Shown here piece after piece: positions 29,916-39,953 of a stretch of DNA of 64,000 bases. The notes beneath the pieces are model-generated. The model made no database searches and was not told where the DNA came from. It was given only the letters and a program-made list of their open reading frames with translations. The stretch is from an uncultured delta proteobacterium (lineage in GTDB: Bacteria > Desulfobacterota > Zymogenia > Zymogenales > Zymogenaceae). The stretch lies in NCBI GenBank assembly GCA_963735595.1, contig CAVTLK010000001.1:160001-224000 (forward strand), written 5' to 3'. Numbering within the stretch: the first letter of the stretch is position 1; the number at the start of each line of letters is the position of its first letter. A program made the translations under genes and the position numbers.

Positions 29916-31225
29916 AGACCCTTCCTTATTTTGTCAATAAATCGCTTGAATGCCGCGTCGAAACCGACCTTGAGCCGCCCTGGTGCTCCCTCGATTATGA
30001 CCGTGGCTGTCTTCTTGCCCGAAGAAATTCTCGCGCGGTAGCTTCCCATCGAGGTGACAACGGGAAAAAGAAACCCGATACAGATGAGTACGAAGCCGGA
30101 AAAGACCAACGGGAGTCCCGGCTCCTTGACGGCGGTAATGCCGGAGTAGGGAACTTCGTGGTAGTTCCTGAGGACAAAGACGAAATCACCGCCCCGCTCG
30201 CGATCGAATTCGGGGTAATTGACAAACGCCCAGAGGTCGCATTGCTGTTTCAAGTCGGTAACCAGAAGCTGAACCGCGGGGCCGAGATCCATGAACTCGG
30301 GGGAGTTCTGGACGATGGTGAACGTCAAATCGCGTCCGGGCACCGTGACGGGGACGGACCAGTAGGCATTTGTCGTGTAGATCGACCGACCCTGCCGATC
30401 CAGTATCTCGATTACGGCATAGTCCATCTCGTTACCGAAGCTGGTCTGGTAAAACCGGACGCCCTTGTATCGCGCGGGATGGTTAACGGTCAGCGAGGTG
30501 CTGGCCCGATCTTTTCCGTCGGTAATGGTGATATCGCTCCGGTATTCGCGGGGAGTACCGTCGTCGTAGCGCTCGAACGTAAAGCGGTCAAGCCCTAAGG
30601 AAAAATCGAGCATTATCAGGTGCTTGCGGTCTATGACCACCTCGCGGGACGTACCGCCCTCAATAACGATCATATCTCCCGAGAAACCGAAAAGCGATGA
30701 AAGCAGGCCGCCGAGGATGATCATCAGGATGCTGATATGAACGATGACGGCCCCCAGTGAAAAGACCGGGTGCGGCGACGAAACGACCGTCGTTTCGGCT
30801 GGACGGCTTATCACCACAGTCCGGCACAGGGGGCGTCTCAGGTGCTTCACGACGCCGTCGACCGTTTCCTTGGTCGATCGGCCCGAGACCAGCCGGTCTG
30901 AAAATGGATAGGACGGCTCTCTCCTCTCCCCTTTAAAAAGGGCCGCAATCCTGTTGGGGGCAAACGAAAGAGTGCACAGGGTGATATTGACGACCAACAG
31001 CATCAGCAGGGCGTTGAAGTAGCTGCTGTGATAGATATCGGTCACCGAAAAGAGCGCCATAATCCTATAGGCCGTATGTCCGAACCGCATAACATATTCT
31101 TCGGGAAGATCGTTCTGCCCCACGAGAGTGCCGAGCGCGGCAAGCACGGCGATCGCTATCAGGATAACGACGGTCAGCCGAACAGAGGAAAGGTAGTCTT
31201 TTATATCTTTGCCTATCTTTTTCAT
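29909..31225 (-). CDS. resB: System II cytochrome c biogenesis protein ResB/Ccs1
   Basis: Three N-terminal TM helices, VHISIL, VNHPARYKG.RFYQTSF, EPG; overlaps resC. Confidence 0.9.
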   Translation of the reverse strand: MKKIGKDIKDYLSSVRLTVVILIAIAVLAALGTLVGQNDLPEEYVMRFGHTAYRIMALFSVTDIYHSSYFNALLMLLVVNITLCTLSFAPNRIAALFKGERREPSYPFSDRLVSGRSTKETVDGVVKHLRRPLCRTVVISRPAETTVVSSPHPVFSLGAVIVHISILMIILGGLLSSLFGFSGDMIVIEGGTSREVVIDRKHLIMLDFSLGLDRFTFERYDDGTPREYRSDITITDGKDRASTSLTVNHPARYKGVRFYQTSFGNEMDYAVIEILDRQGRSIYTTNAYWSVPVTVPGRDLTFTIVQNSPEFMDLGPAVQLLVTDLKQQCDLWAFVNYPEFDRERGGDFVFVLRNYHEVPYSGITAVKEPGLPLVFSGFVLICIGFLFPVVTSMGSYRARISSGKKTATVIIEGAPGRLKVGFDAAFKRFIDKIRKGLC

Positions 31226-31665
31226 TGAACACCGCTTGTGGTATGGCAGGAGTCACAGGCCAGGGAGAGGCGTTTGTTTCCGTGTTCTATCTCGGCCTTG
31301 TGGCAGCCGATGCAGAGCTTATGAAAGGCCACGGCGTCGGTGGGGGCGGCGGAGTCATCCAGGGGTAGATGGCATATAGAGCACTTCTCGGGGATCTGAT
31401 CCCGGGCCGTCGTATGGTGGCAGTCCGAACAGGACGCCTTGAAGTCCCCGGTGCTCCCGTGATCCTTGTGAACAAAGGTTACGGGGCCCGCCGTGCGATT
31501 ATACGCGGACAGCTCGACCGAATCAGGTCCGCGGGAAGTCTCAGCAGCGACGGAAAAGAGCGTACCTGCGGCCGCCATCAGAAAGAGGGCAGAAACGATA
31601 ATCGCGGTAATGCCGCCGATCGGGTGTCGCGTCTTTCGGTGATCCATGTCTGAGTTGATACTCAC
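31222..31665 (-). CDS. Tetraheme class III cytochrome c (cytochrome c3 family)
   Basis: Signal peptide; PVTFVHKDH; four CxxCH motifs (CSDCHH, CSICH, CIGCH, CDSCH); AFH distal ligand. Alternative ATG at 31647. Confidence 0.88.
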   Translation of the reverse strand: MSINSDMDHRKTRHPIGGITAIIVSALFLMAAAGTLFSVAAETSRGPDSVELSAYNRTAGPVTFVHKDHGSTGDFKASCSDCHHTTARDQIPEKCSICHLPLDDSAAPTDAVAFHKLCIGCHKAEIEHGNKRLSLACDSCHTTSGVQ

Positions 31666-32159
31666 TATTTCGCGATTTCCTGATCGGCGCGTTTCACGTC
31701 ATCGGCCATTTCAATCCTCAGGGCCTCCAGACGCCCACAGAGCGTTTCGTCGGAGAGTGCGAGGATCTGGGCAGCCAAGAGCGCCGCGTTTGTTGCCCCG
31801 GCCTGGCCGATGCCGACAGTAGCCACCGGTATTCCGGGAGGCATCTGGACGGTGGAAAGCAGGGCGTCGATTCCCAGGAGGCTGGACGAAGCAATGGGTA
31901 CGCCAATGACCGGAAGCGTTGTATGGGCGGCGATAACGCCGGCCAGGTGCGCCGCGTAGCCGGCGCCGGCTATTATTACGCCTATTCCCTGATCACGTGC
32001 CGATACAGCCAGATCGCGGACGACCTCGGGCGTCCGATGCGCCGACGCGATACGAAGCACCGCCTCGATACCGAGGGACTCAAGGCGTTCGCGAGCCGGT
32101 TTCATTACCTCGATATCGGATTTACTCCCCATGACGATAAGGACTTTATGTCTGGCCAT
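31665..32159 (-). CDS. purE: N5-carboxyaminoimidazole ribonucleotide mutase
   Basis: [33 protein letters not shown]. Confidence 0.97.
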   Translation of the reverse strand: MARHKVLIVMGSKSDIEVMKPARERLESLGIEAVLRIASAHRTPEVVRDLAVSARDQGIGVIIAGAGYAAHLAGVIAAHTTLPVIGVPIASSSLLGIDALLSTVQMPPGIPVATVGIGQAGATNAALLAAQILALSDETLCGRLEALRIEMADDVKRADQEIAK

Positions 32160-33423
32160 ACCTGAGCCCCTTTGCACCGATGTCTCTTCGATAATAGGCG
32201 CCTTCCCATTTTATCCGATCGACGGCGGTATACGCACGGTCGATGGCCGCCGAAAGATCCGCGCCGACGGCGGTTACGCCGAGGACACGCCCGCCGGATG
32301 TAACGAGCCTGTCGGCCTCCAGCCTCGTTCCCCCGTGAAAGACCACCACGCCGGAGAGCTTCTCAGCATCCTTTATCCCGGCGATCACTTTTCCCTTTTC
32401 ATAGCCGCCCGGGTATCCCCCGGAAGCCATCACCACGCAGACGGCGGGGCGCTCATCCCACTGGAGATCGACCTCGGAAAGCTTTCCTTCAACTGCTTTG
32501 ATCATTACCTCGGAGAGGCTTCCCTTCATCCGCATAAGGAGCGGCTGGGCCTCGGGGTCGCCGAACCGTGCATTGAATTCCAGCACCCTGGGTACACCGT
32601 CCTTTATCATGAGTCCGGCGTAGAGTATTCCGACATAGGGATGCCCCTCCTGCTCCATGGCCTTTACGGTGGGGATCATGATCTCGTCCATAACGCGGGT
32701 CGAGAGGGCCGGCGTAACGACCGGCGCGGGCGAGTAGGCGCCCATCCCGCCCGTATTGGGCCCGGTATCGCCGTCGTATATCGCCTTGTGATCCTGGGAG
32801 GTTGCGAGCGGGACGACAAAGTCGCCGTCCGAAAAGGCCAGGAACGACGCCTCCTCTCCGGTCAGGAATTCTTCGACAACGACCTTATCCCCGGCGTCCC
32901 CAAACTCCCGCTTTACCATGATTTGATCGACGGCCGAAAGTGCCTCCGGGACGGTCCGGGCAAGGATAACACCCTTCCCGGCGGCCAGACCGTCGGCCTT
33001 GACTACCAGGGGCGCTCCCGTATTTTCTATGTAGTCGGCGGCCTTCTTTCGGTCGGTGAATTCGGCGAAACCGGCGGTCGGGATACCGTATTTCTTCATG
33101 AGGTTTTTCGAGAAGGACTTGGACCCCTCGATCTGGGCTGCGCCGCTCGTTGGTCCGAAGATCGTAAGTCCTCTCTTAATGAAGCGGTCGACAATGCCGA
33201 GGACGAGCGGCGCCTCGGGGCCGACGATAGTCAGGTCGATACGCTCGCTTGCGGCAAACTCACAGAGCGCGCCGACGTCCTCGGACGAGATTGGGACGTT
33301 CGTCGCGACGGCGGCCGTCCCCCCGTTGCCGGGGGCGCAGTAGACGCGCACACCCTCCTCGTGGGCCAGCTTCCATGCGAGTGCATGCTCCCTGCCGCCG
33401 CCGCCGACGATGAGTATCTTCAT
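32146..33423 (-). CDS. purD: Phosphoribosylamine-glycine ligase
   Basis: GGGGREHAL, VGPEAPL, KADGLAAGKGV, GPNTGGMG, EFNARFGDPE. Confidence 0.98.
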   Translation of the reverse strand: MKILIVGGGGREHALAWKLAHEEGVRVYCAPGNGGTAAVATNVPISSEDVGALCEFAASERIDLTIVGPEAPLVLGIVDRFIKRGLTIFGPTSGAAQIEGSKSFSKNLMKKYGIPTAGFAEFTDRKKAADYIENTGAPLVVKADGLAAGKGVILARTVPEALSAVDQIMVKREFGDAGDKVVVEEFLTGEEASFLAFSDGDFVVPLATSQDHKAIYDGDTGPNTGGMGAYSPAPVVTPALSTRVMDEIMIPTVKAMEQEGHPYVGILYAGLMIKDGVPRVLEFNARFGDPEAQPLLMRMKGSLSEVMIKAVEGKLSEVDLQWDERPAVCVVMASGGYPGGYEKGKVIAGIKDAEKLSGVVVFHGGTRLEADRLVTSGGRVLGVTAVGADLSAAIDRAYTAVDRIKWEGAYYRRDIGAKGLRYGQT

Positions 33424-33546
33424 GAAGGCCTCATTTCGATGTGATGAGACGGTTTCCTATCGCCTGGATATTATATAGTAACGCCACCGCCGTTTTGGCC
33501 GTTTCCAAACGCTTCAGGGAAATGGAACGCGCAGCGGGCGCACGCC

Positions 33547-35109
33547 TTAGTGCCTGAAATGGCGCCTCCCGGTAAAGACCATGGCGATGTCATGCGAATC
33601 GGCCGCCTTAATCGCCTCGTCGTCCTTAATGCTTCCCCCCGGCTGGGCAATCGCAGTGATGCCGGCCTGGGCCGCCGCTTCGATCCCGTCCGGCTGCGGG
33701 AAGAAGGCGTCCGACCCGAGGACGCACCCCTCGGTGGGAAACTGCGCCTTCATCCGGGCGATGACAACCGAATCGACGCGGCTCATCTGGCCGGCCCCAA
33801 CGCCGATGAGCATAGTGCCCTTGGCGAGCACGATCGCGTTGGATTTAACGTGCTTTGTCACCTTCCAGGCGAATTCGAGTGAACGCATCTCCTCGGGAGT
33901 GGGCTGGCGTTTGGTCACGACCTTGGCGTCCTTAAGGGACATGTTCACGCTGTCCCAGTCCTGAACGAGGAGTCCGCCGTGGACCCGCCGGAGGTTGAAG
34001 GTATCCTGGTCTGCGAGCCGGTCTGCGGAGACCACGATAAGTCTCAGGTTCTTCTTGGCCGCAAGAATGTCCAAGGCCCCCGGAGTAAAACCTGGCGCGG
34101 CAATTACTTCAAGGAAGGTCTCACCCAGTGCGTCGGCCGTATCCTGGTCGACCTCCCGATTGAGCGCTACAATGCCGCCGAAGGCCGATACCGGATCGGT
34201 TTGGCGAGCCATCTTGTACGTCTCGGCCAACGTCTTACCGCCGACGGCCACACCGCAGGGGTTGGCATGCTTGATAATCACGACGGCGGGCTCATCGAAC
34301 TCCCGAACGACGTCAAGGGAGGCGTCGGTATCCATTATATTGTTGTACGAAAGCTCCTTACCCTGAAGCACCCGGGCCCACGGAAGGGTGTCGGGAACGG
34401 GGACTGTGTCCCGATAGAACGCCGCACGCTGGTGGGGGTTTTCGCCATAGCGAAGGCCGTAGACACGCTTGAACTGGAGCGTGAGGCTTTCCGGGAATCT
34501 CGTTCGTTCGTCGTTTTCGTCGAGGGAGGTAAGAAAGTTGGAGATGGCTCCGTCGTAGGCCGCCGTTCTCACAAAGACCTTCTTGGCCAATGTGAAATTC
34601 GTCTCGCTTGAGATACTTCCCCCGGTCTTTTCCATCTCCTTGATGACGGTATGATAGTCTTCCGGATCGGTGACGACCGTTACGTATTTATGGTTCTTTG
34701 CGGCCGCACGGATCATCGTGGGTCCCCCGATGTCGATATTCTCGATAGCGTCGGCCAGCGTCACGTCGGCCCGCGCCACCGTCTGCTCAAATGGATAGAG
34801 ATTGACCACGACCATATCGATGGGTATCATGCCGTGTTCGGTCATCTTCTTTACGTGTTCCTGGTTATCCCTGACGGCAAGCAATCCGCCGTGAACCTTG
34901 GGATGCAGGGTCTTCAGTCTGCCGTCCATCATCTCGGGAAATCCCGTATACTCGGATATATCCATGACCGTGAGGCCGCCATCGGCGAGGAGCTTCTTCG
35001 TGCCGCCCGTGGAAATAAACGAAACGCCCATCAGGGCGAGCTTTTTTGCAAAATCGAGGACTCCGGACTTGTCCGATACGCTGATGAGCGCCGTTTTAAT
35101 TTTTCCCAT
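33547..35109 (-). CDS. purH: Bifunctional AICAR formyltransferase / IMP cyclohydrolase
   Basis: ALISVSDK, KTLHP, IDIGGP, LRYGENPHQ, KHANPCG, SDAFFP, RHFRH. Confidence 0.98.
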   Translation of the reverse strand: MGKIKTALISVSDKSGVLDFAKKLALMGVSFISTGGTKKLLADGGLTVMDISEYTGFPEMMDGRLKTLHPKVHGGLLAVRDNQEHVKKMTEHGMIPIDMVVVNLYPFEQTVARADVTLADAIENIDIGGPTMIRAAAKNHKYVTVVTDPEDYHTVIKEMEKTGGSISSETNFTLAKKVFVRTAAYDGAISNFLTSLDENDERTRFPESLTLQFKRVYGLRYGENPHQRAAFYRDTVPVPDTLPWARVLQGKELSYNNIMDTDASLDVVREFDEPAVVIIKHANPCGVAVGGKTLAETYKMARQTDPVSAFGGIVALNREVDQDTADALGETFLEVIAAPGFTPGALDILAAKKNLRLIVVSADRLADQDTFNLRRVHGGLLVQDWDSVNMSLKDAKVVTKRQPTPEEMRSLEFAWKVTKHVKSNAIVLAKGTMLIGVGAGQMSRVDSVVIARMKAQFPTEGCVLGSDAFFPQPDGIEAAAQAGITAIAQPGGSIKDDEAIKAADSHDIAMVFTGRRHFRH

Positions 35110-35202
35110 GAGAACCTCCGTTTACGTTTCCGGGGAGCGCCGGGACCGTTAAAAAACAAGATAATACCAGACGCGGCAGCAAAGCCGATATCACGCCCCT
35201 GG

Positions 35203-35231
35203 TTTATAACAATTTCCTGAAAGAAAATCAA
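35203..35231 (-). promoter_or_regulatory. Sigma70-type promoter for purH-purD-purE
   Basis: Minus strand TTGATT, 17 bp spacer (ending in TGn), TATAAA. Confidence 0.5.
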
Positions 35232-35238
35232 TACTATT

Positions 35239-36510
35239 TCAGGGTCTGGGTTCCTTGGCCAGGCGCGTCATCATACGAATGATGATTATTCCTAACACCA
35301 GGATCATCAGTCCGATCGCGCCCCACAGGATCCACGGATATCGCTCGGACATCGGGAGGTCGGAGCCGGGAATATAGTCGTGGTTTTCGACTATCGTCCC
35401 GAGAGAGACCGGTATGAAGGAATCCCTGTCGATATAGGGGAAGACCTGGGCAATGTCATACGAGGGGCTCTCGATGCGCGGATTGCCCACGTAGAGCGTA
35501 TAGGCGTTACCCGTGCCCGGATCAGCCGAAAAGGTGACCTTGCGGGGGACACCGGAAACGGTCGCCCCGGAAATAGCCAGGGGGGTATTGTTCTCGTTTT
35601 CTATGATGATCTTGAGATACCGGGCCTGGGTCTCGGGGTATCCGATGGTCGTATTTGAGCGCGAAAACCTCTGTGTCTGGATGGAATAGATGGAGGTCCT
35701 GTATATCTCCCTATACTCCCCGGGTTTGTCGACATTTGAAGCAAGGAGGATCACGTCCCGCTTGAAGTTCGTATCGGAAAGCAAGAGCGTAACCGTCGAC
35801 GTGGGGACGTTCTTGCTCGAAAGGTCAAGGGTGAGCTCGGTGACGGGCATGCCGGTCTTCTTCTCAACGGTCGTCATGGTGCTCGGAAGTATCTCGGACT
35901 CCCCCTTGATATCTTCGAGGAAAAAGATTTCTCCCCCGACTTCAAGAAGGGGCTCTTCTCCGTCGTCCCAAATGGTGACCTTCAGGTATCGATAGTCGGT
36001 CGTGGGATATGAGATAGCGAGGTTCTTGATATTATGGTTGCTCGTTAGATCGAAGATATAGTCGTTATCTTTCAGAAGGGCGAATTTCCTGTTATCGGGC
36101 GAGCCTTCGACGGTAATCTTCCTGACAAAATTGGTGCTCGAAGTGGTGACCGTGATGTTGTTGGTAGTCATGCCCGTATCACCCACGTCCAGGGTGAAGG
36201 TCGTATAGCTACGGGGAATATAGGAGGTGTTGAGGATTAATGTCTCAATCTTCTTGCGTTCACTGGTTCGGGAGTTACTCCATATGACGTAGGGCACTTC
36301 AGCTGCGCCGCCGTCCGAGATTCGCAGGTCCGACAGGTTTGGGTTGGCCCTGTCGTAGATAGCCGATGGGATAGTAAAGAAGACATATCCCGACCCGGTT
36401 ACCTCAATGGGGGCGAGATATCGATACAGGGAGGGATCGAACGACGGACCCGCACCGGAACAGAAGAGGGCCGCGGCCAGAATGAACAGAAAGGTTTTAC
36501 GAACCGTCAT
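35239..36510 (-). CDS. Exported beta-rich protein with C-terminal TM anchor, DUF3999-like
   Basis: Signal peptide, SDLRI....EVPY, VEGSPD, ARYLKI, LYVGNP....PSYD and a C-terminal TM helix; the usual neighbour of DUF2339. Confidence 0.65.
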   Translation of the reverse strand: MTVRKTFLFILAAALFCSGAGPSFDPSLYRYLAPIEVTGSGYVFFTIPSAIYDRANPNLSDLRISDGGAAEVPYVIWSNSRTSERKKIETLILNTSYIPRSYTTFTLDVGDTGMTTNNITVTTSSTNFVRKITVEGSPDNRKFALLKDNDYIFDLTSNHNIKNLAISYPTTDYRYLKVTIWDDGEEPLLEVGGEIFFLEDIKGESEILPSTMTTVEKKTGMPVTELTLDLSSKNVPTSTVTLLLSDTNFKRDVILLASNVDKPGEYREIYRTSIYSIQTQRFSRSNTTIGYPETQARYLKIIIENENNTPLAISGATVSGVPRKVTFSADPGTGNAYTLYVGNPRIESPSYDIAQVFPYIDRDSFIPVSLGTIVENHDYIPGSDLPMSERYPWILWGAIGLMILVLGIIIIRMMTRLAKEPRP

Positions 36511-38341
36511 GTTTTACCTCCTTTTGATCTCCGATCACGGCAACCATAATCTGATCCTTGAATCGGGTATAGAGGAACGATACCAAGAGCAGGATGACGC
36601 CAAGCCCGATAAAGGAGATAATCCGGTAGATGTTTTCGAGAGCCGATAGGTCGAATATAAATACCTTAATGATGGTGACGAAGAACAGCACGATGGCACA
36701 GATCCGCGAGGGGGCGTGCTTTTTGACAAAACCGAAGATAATAAGCGCCACTGAATAGATTGCCCAGATGCCGGACAGAGAAAGTCGTTGCGCGTACAGG
36801 TATCGGTTATAGAGATCCGTATATTGGGAGTAGTCGTAGCTGCCGATCATACCCTGTTGAAGCGTGTTCATCGGCACTTCAAAGAAGTCGTATGCCTCCA
36901 CCGATAGGATGATCAGGAGTACGAGGTGGCCGGCGATAAACATGATCAGGGAGGCGGGGCGTGCATAACCGGCCTCAGGACTGCGTGAAAACAGATAGGA
37001 TGAGAACAGCGCCGCGGCCGCTACAACGAGCGCCGTGAGGAAGCGATCGTTGAAAAAGGATCGGAACCCGGGATCATATATATCAATGGAAAGATCGAAA
37101 AAGAGGAGCTTGCCGATTGACATGACCAGGAGCGCCGCTCCGGCAATAAGAATGGAACCGCTCTCGGTCTTTATCCCGATCCAAACCAGCGCGCTGGCCA
37201 GTACCGCCCAACCGATTGTAATCCAGTTCTTTTCGAGCTGAATGGGAACCATAATCACCAGAAATCCGAGGGCTACCGCCAGGAACGTAAGGACGAGCCT
37301 CTTTTCGGCGGCTACCCGTTTATAGCTGATGAAGGCAAGGCCCAGATATACAGCGGCCATCGCACCGGAGAATAAGCCCATCAGGTCGGGGTATCGATCC
37401 CTAAGGTTTCCGTAGCTCGCCCCGAAGAAGGCCGATGCCACAACAAAGACGAAGACGAGATCAAGAACGGACGTCTTCTCCTTATGGATGATATTGTAGA
37501 ATATCGACAGGGACGCAAAGATGACAAAAAACAGGACAAGAAATAGCTGGGTCGTTCCGTAGGCGATGGGCTGGATTGCGTAAAACCTGTCCGCCCATCC
37601 GGCGAATATGGCGACGGTGGCGACGAACGCGAAGATATTAAGCCACTTCCAGTTTCTGAAGAAGGCAACGGTCAGAACGCCGAGGTCGAGGATCGTGATA
37701 TAGGTGAGGAGGGGCACCTGCTGATTCTCTCCGGTCGACAGGAGGATCGGGTTCAGGTAGCCGCCGATAAAACCCATGAAAGCAATAGAAGAGGTGTTGT
37801 GTCTGACCGAAAGCAGAACGGCAAAGATCGTCACGACAACAAAGAGGATTCGCCCGATGTTCATCGGTATGATCTGGTAGTAGCTGGCCGCACCGAAGAG
37901 GGCGAGAAAGAGGATGGCAATGCCTCCGCCCACTAACCCTTGAGAATAATACTTATATTTATTCTTCCAGAACTCGCCCCAGCCGATGAAGACCAGGCCC
38001 ACCAGCATCCCGAGGACGACCCTTCCGGTCGGCCCGATCCATTCGTTTTCAAAGGCGTATTTGATGAAAAAACCCATGCCGATAATAACGGCTACGATTC
38101 CGATATAATTAAGCCACTTACCGCCGATCTTTGCCTCTATCTCTTTGGCGCTGCGGACGGGTTTTGCGGCCGCGGGCTCCCGAGGCGGGAGAGGCGCGGC
38201 TTTTTCTTCGGACGGCGCGACGGGCCCGGCCTTGCCTTCGAGCGTACTCAAACGCCCCTGGATGGTAGACACCTCACGACGGAGATCTCCCATTTGCTGA
38301 AGCATTAGGTCGATCTTCTTGTCACGATCATGTTCGTTCAT
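36497..38341 (-). CDS. DUF2339 family polytopic membrane protein
   Basis: N-terminal coiled coil, EAKIGGKWLNYIG, GP.GRV, PILLSTG, KVFIFDLS.L...YRIISFIGLG. Confidence 0.85.
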   Translation of the reverse strand: MNEHDRDKKIDLMLQQMGDLRREVSTIQGRLSTLEGKAGPVAPSEEKAAPLPPREPAAAKPVRSAKEIEAKIGGKWLNYIGIVAVIIGMGFFIKYAFENEWIGPTGRVVLGMLVGLVFIGWGEFWKNKYKYYSQGLVGGGIAILFLALFGAASYYQIIPMNIGRILFVVVTIFAVLLSVRHNTSSIAFMGFIGGYLNPILLSTGENQQVPLLTYITILDLGVLTVAFFRNWKWLNIFAFVATVAIFAGWADRFYAIQPIAYGTTQLFLVLFFVIFASLSIFYNIIHKEKTSVLDLVFVFVVASAFFGASYGNLRDRYPDLMGLFSGAMAAVYLGLAFISYKRVAAEKRLVLTFLAVALGFLVIMVPIQLEKNWITIGWAVLASALVWIGIKTESGSILIAGAALLVMSIGKLLFFDLSIDIYDPGFRSFFNDRFLTALVVAAAALFSSYLFSRSPEAGYARPASLIMFIAGHLVLLIILSVEAYDFFEVPMNTLQQGMIGSYDYSQYTDLYNRYLYAQRLSLSGIWAIYSVALIIFGFVKKHAPSRICAIVLFFVTIIKVFIFDLSALENIYRIISFIGLGVILLLVSFLYTRFKDQIMVAVIGDQKEVKHDGS

Positions 38342-39945
38342 GTCGATGGGTCCTCAAATAAAAGGCTTGAAATAAAGGCCTCATTAAATCTCTTGTCAGC
38401 CGACAGCTCGATATAGCGGATGCGGTCGGAGAGGTCCTCGATACCTTCTTTTGTCCGGGAGGACCGAACGGCCTCGATCGCCCCGGAAAGGGCGGCGTCC
38501 CCGACGAATACGATCTTCTTTTCGAGCGAGGCCGGAAGCATCCCCACCCCAACGATGCTTTCCGGTTTCAGATAATTGCCGAAGGCCCCGGCCACGAGAA
38601 TGCGGTCGATATCTTCCCACACGATACCCATCTCGGCGAGAAGCACGCTGATGCCGGCGTGCATCGCACCTTTTGCCAGCTGGATCTCCCGGATATCCTT
38701 CTGGGTAATCCCGATTGACCGCGACCGATCGGAAAAGAGAATAAATCGCCGCGTGCCGTTCTCCGGAACGAGCCTCTCCCTCAGGCCGGTCGGTGCGCTA
38801 TCCACCGCGATCCTTCCCGAGGAGTTTATCAGTCCGTTGCGTCTCATCTCGGAGACGGCGTCAAACAGACCGGAGCCGCAAATCCCGCGGGGCGGGGCGT
38901 TTCCCTTGACGGCGAGCGTAACCTCGTCCCCCACGATAGTGACGGCTTCGATAGCGCCCGTGTCGGCCCGCATCCCGTCGGTTATATGGGAGCCCTCGAA
39001 GGCCGGGCCGGCGGCGGTCGAGCAGGTCAGAAGACGCTCTTTGTTTCCGAGAACGATCTCGCCGTTGGTGCCGATATCCAGCCCGAGAATCATCTCATCG
39101 GATTCGTGTATACGGGAAGACCAGATAAAGGCCATCGTATCACCACCCACGTACCCGGAGAGGATCGGGAAGACCCACACGACGGCTTTCGAATCGACCT
39201 CTAGTCCAAGGTCGGATGCCGTAGACCTTTGGGCCTTTCGGAAACCGGGGATGAAGGGGGCATAAGCGATAGGGGTGGGATCTTTTCCGAGAAAGAGGTG
39301 TTCCATCGTCGGGTTTCCGGCTATCGCCAATTCGCGGATTTGGGATAATGACAGGCCGAGTCTCCGGGAAAGCTTCTCCATGATCTCGACTATCGCCCGG
39401 ACGGCCAGTGACTGTTGAACGTAAAGGGTATCGTGATCCTTAATAACGGCGTTGATACGCGAAATCACGTCTGCGCCGAATGCGGCCTGAGGATTGAGCG
39501 CAGAGGCGTGGGCGAGGACCTCGCCGGTCGGCAGCGCGATAAGCGCGGCCGCGATACTGGTCGTTCCCAAATCCACCGCGAGGGCGAGATCCTCAGCGGA
39601 CGCCGGCCGGTCTGATAGGACCGTTACCTCTTCCCAGGAGGCGCCGGTCCCCGCTACACGGGCCGACACCGGGATGTCCACCGTCATATCGCCCGTTACC
39701 GTGAGCCGGCAGGCCAGACGATCCCCCCTCTCGATATCAGGGCCCGGTATGTGACGGAGGTCCTCGGGGGTGGGCGGCGCAACGCCGTTGACGACGGTAA
39801 CCCTGCACCTGCCGCAGCGCCCTTCTCCGCCGCAGGGCAGGTTGATGAGGATATTACTTCCTCTCAAGACGTCCGCAAGGGACGTCCCGGCCCGGGCGCT
39901 GCGGGATGTTCCTTCGGGCGTAATCGTGACGGTATAGTTCTGCAT
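38338..39945 (-). CDS. [2Fe-2S]-ASKHA ATPase protein (RACo / DUF4445 family, corrinoid-activator-like)
   Basis: CGGEGRCGRC..RLAC ferredoxin domain; DLGTT, NPQ..FGADVISRI, DIGTNGE, AAGPAFEG, GICGSG, AGAFG. Confidence 0.9.
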   Translation of the reverse strand: MQNYTVTITPEGTSRSARAGTSLADVLRGSNILINLPCGGEGRCGRCRVTVVNGVAPPTPEDLRHIPGPDIERGDRLACRLTVTGDMTVDIPVSARVAGTGASWEEVTVLSDRPASAEDLALAVDLGTTSIAAALIALPTGEVLAHASALNPQAAFGADVISRINAVIKDHDTLYVQQSLAVRAIVEIMEKLSRRLGLSLSQIRELAIAGNPTMEHLFLGKDPTPIAYAPFIPGFRKAQRSTASDLGLEVDSKAVVWVFPILSGYVGGDTMAFIWSSRIHESDEMILGLDIGTNGEIVLGNKERLLTCSTAAGPAFEGSHITDGMRADTGAIEAVTIVGDEVTLAVKGNAPPRGICGSGLFDAVSEMRRNGLINSSGRIAVDSAPTGLRERLVPENGTRRFILFSDRSRSIGITQKDIREIQLAKGAMHAGISVLLAEMGIVWEDIDRILVAGAFGNYLKPESIVGVGMLPASLEKKIVFVGDAALSGAIEAVRSSRTKEGIEDLSDRIRYIELSADKRFNEAFISSLLFEDPST

Positions 39946-39953
39946 TGCGGCGT

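Noticed and set aside
32131..33444. 437-aa plus-strand ORF
   Set aside because: Antisense shadow of purD.
35110..35200. Possible ZMP/ZTP (pfl) riboswitch upstream of purH
   Set aside because: The CGGGGAGCG-like word is on the non-coding strand, and the other conserved elements (GACTGGCG, GCCTGGGC) are absent from the purH leader.
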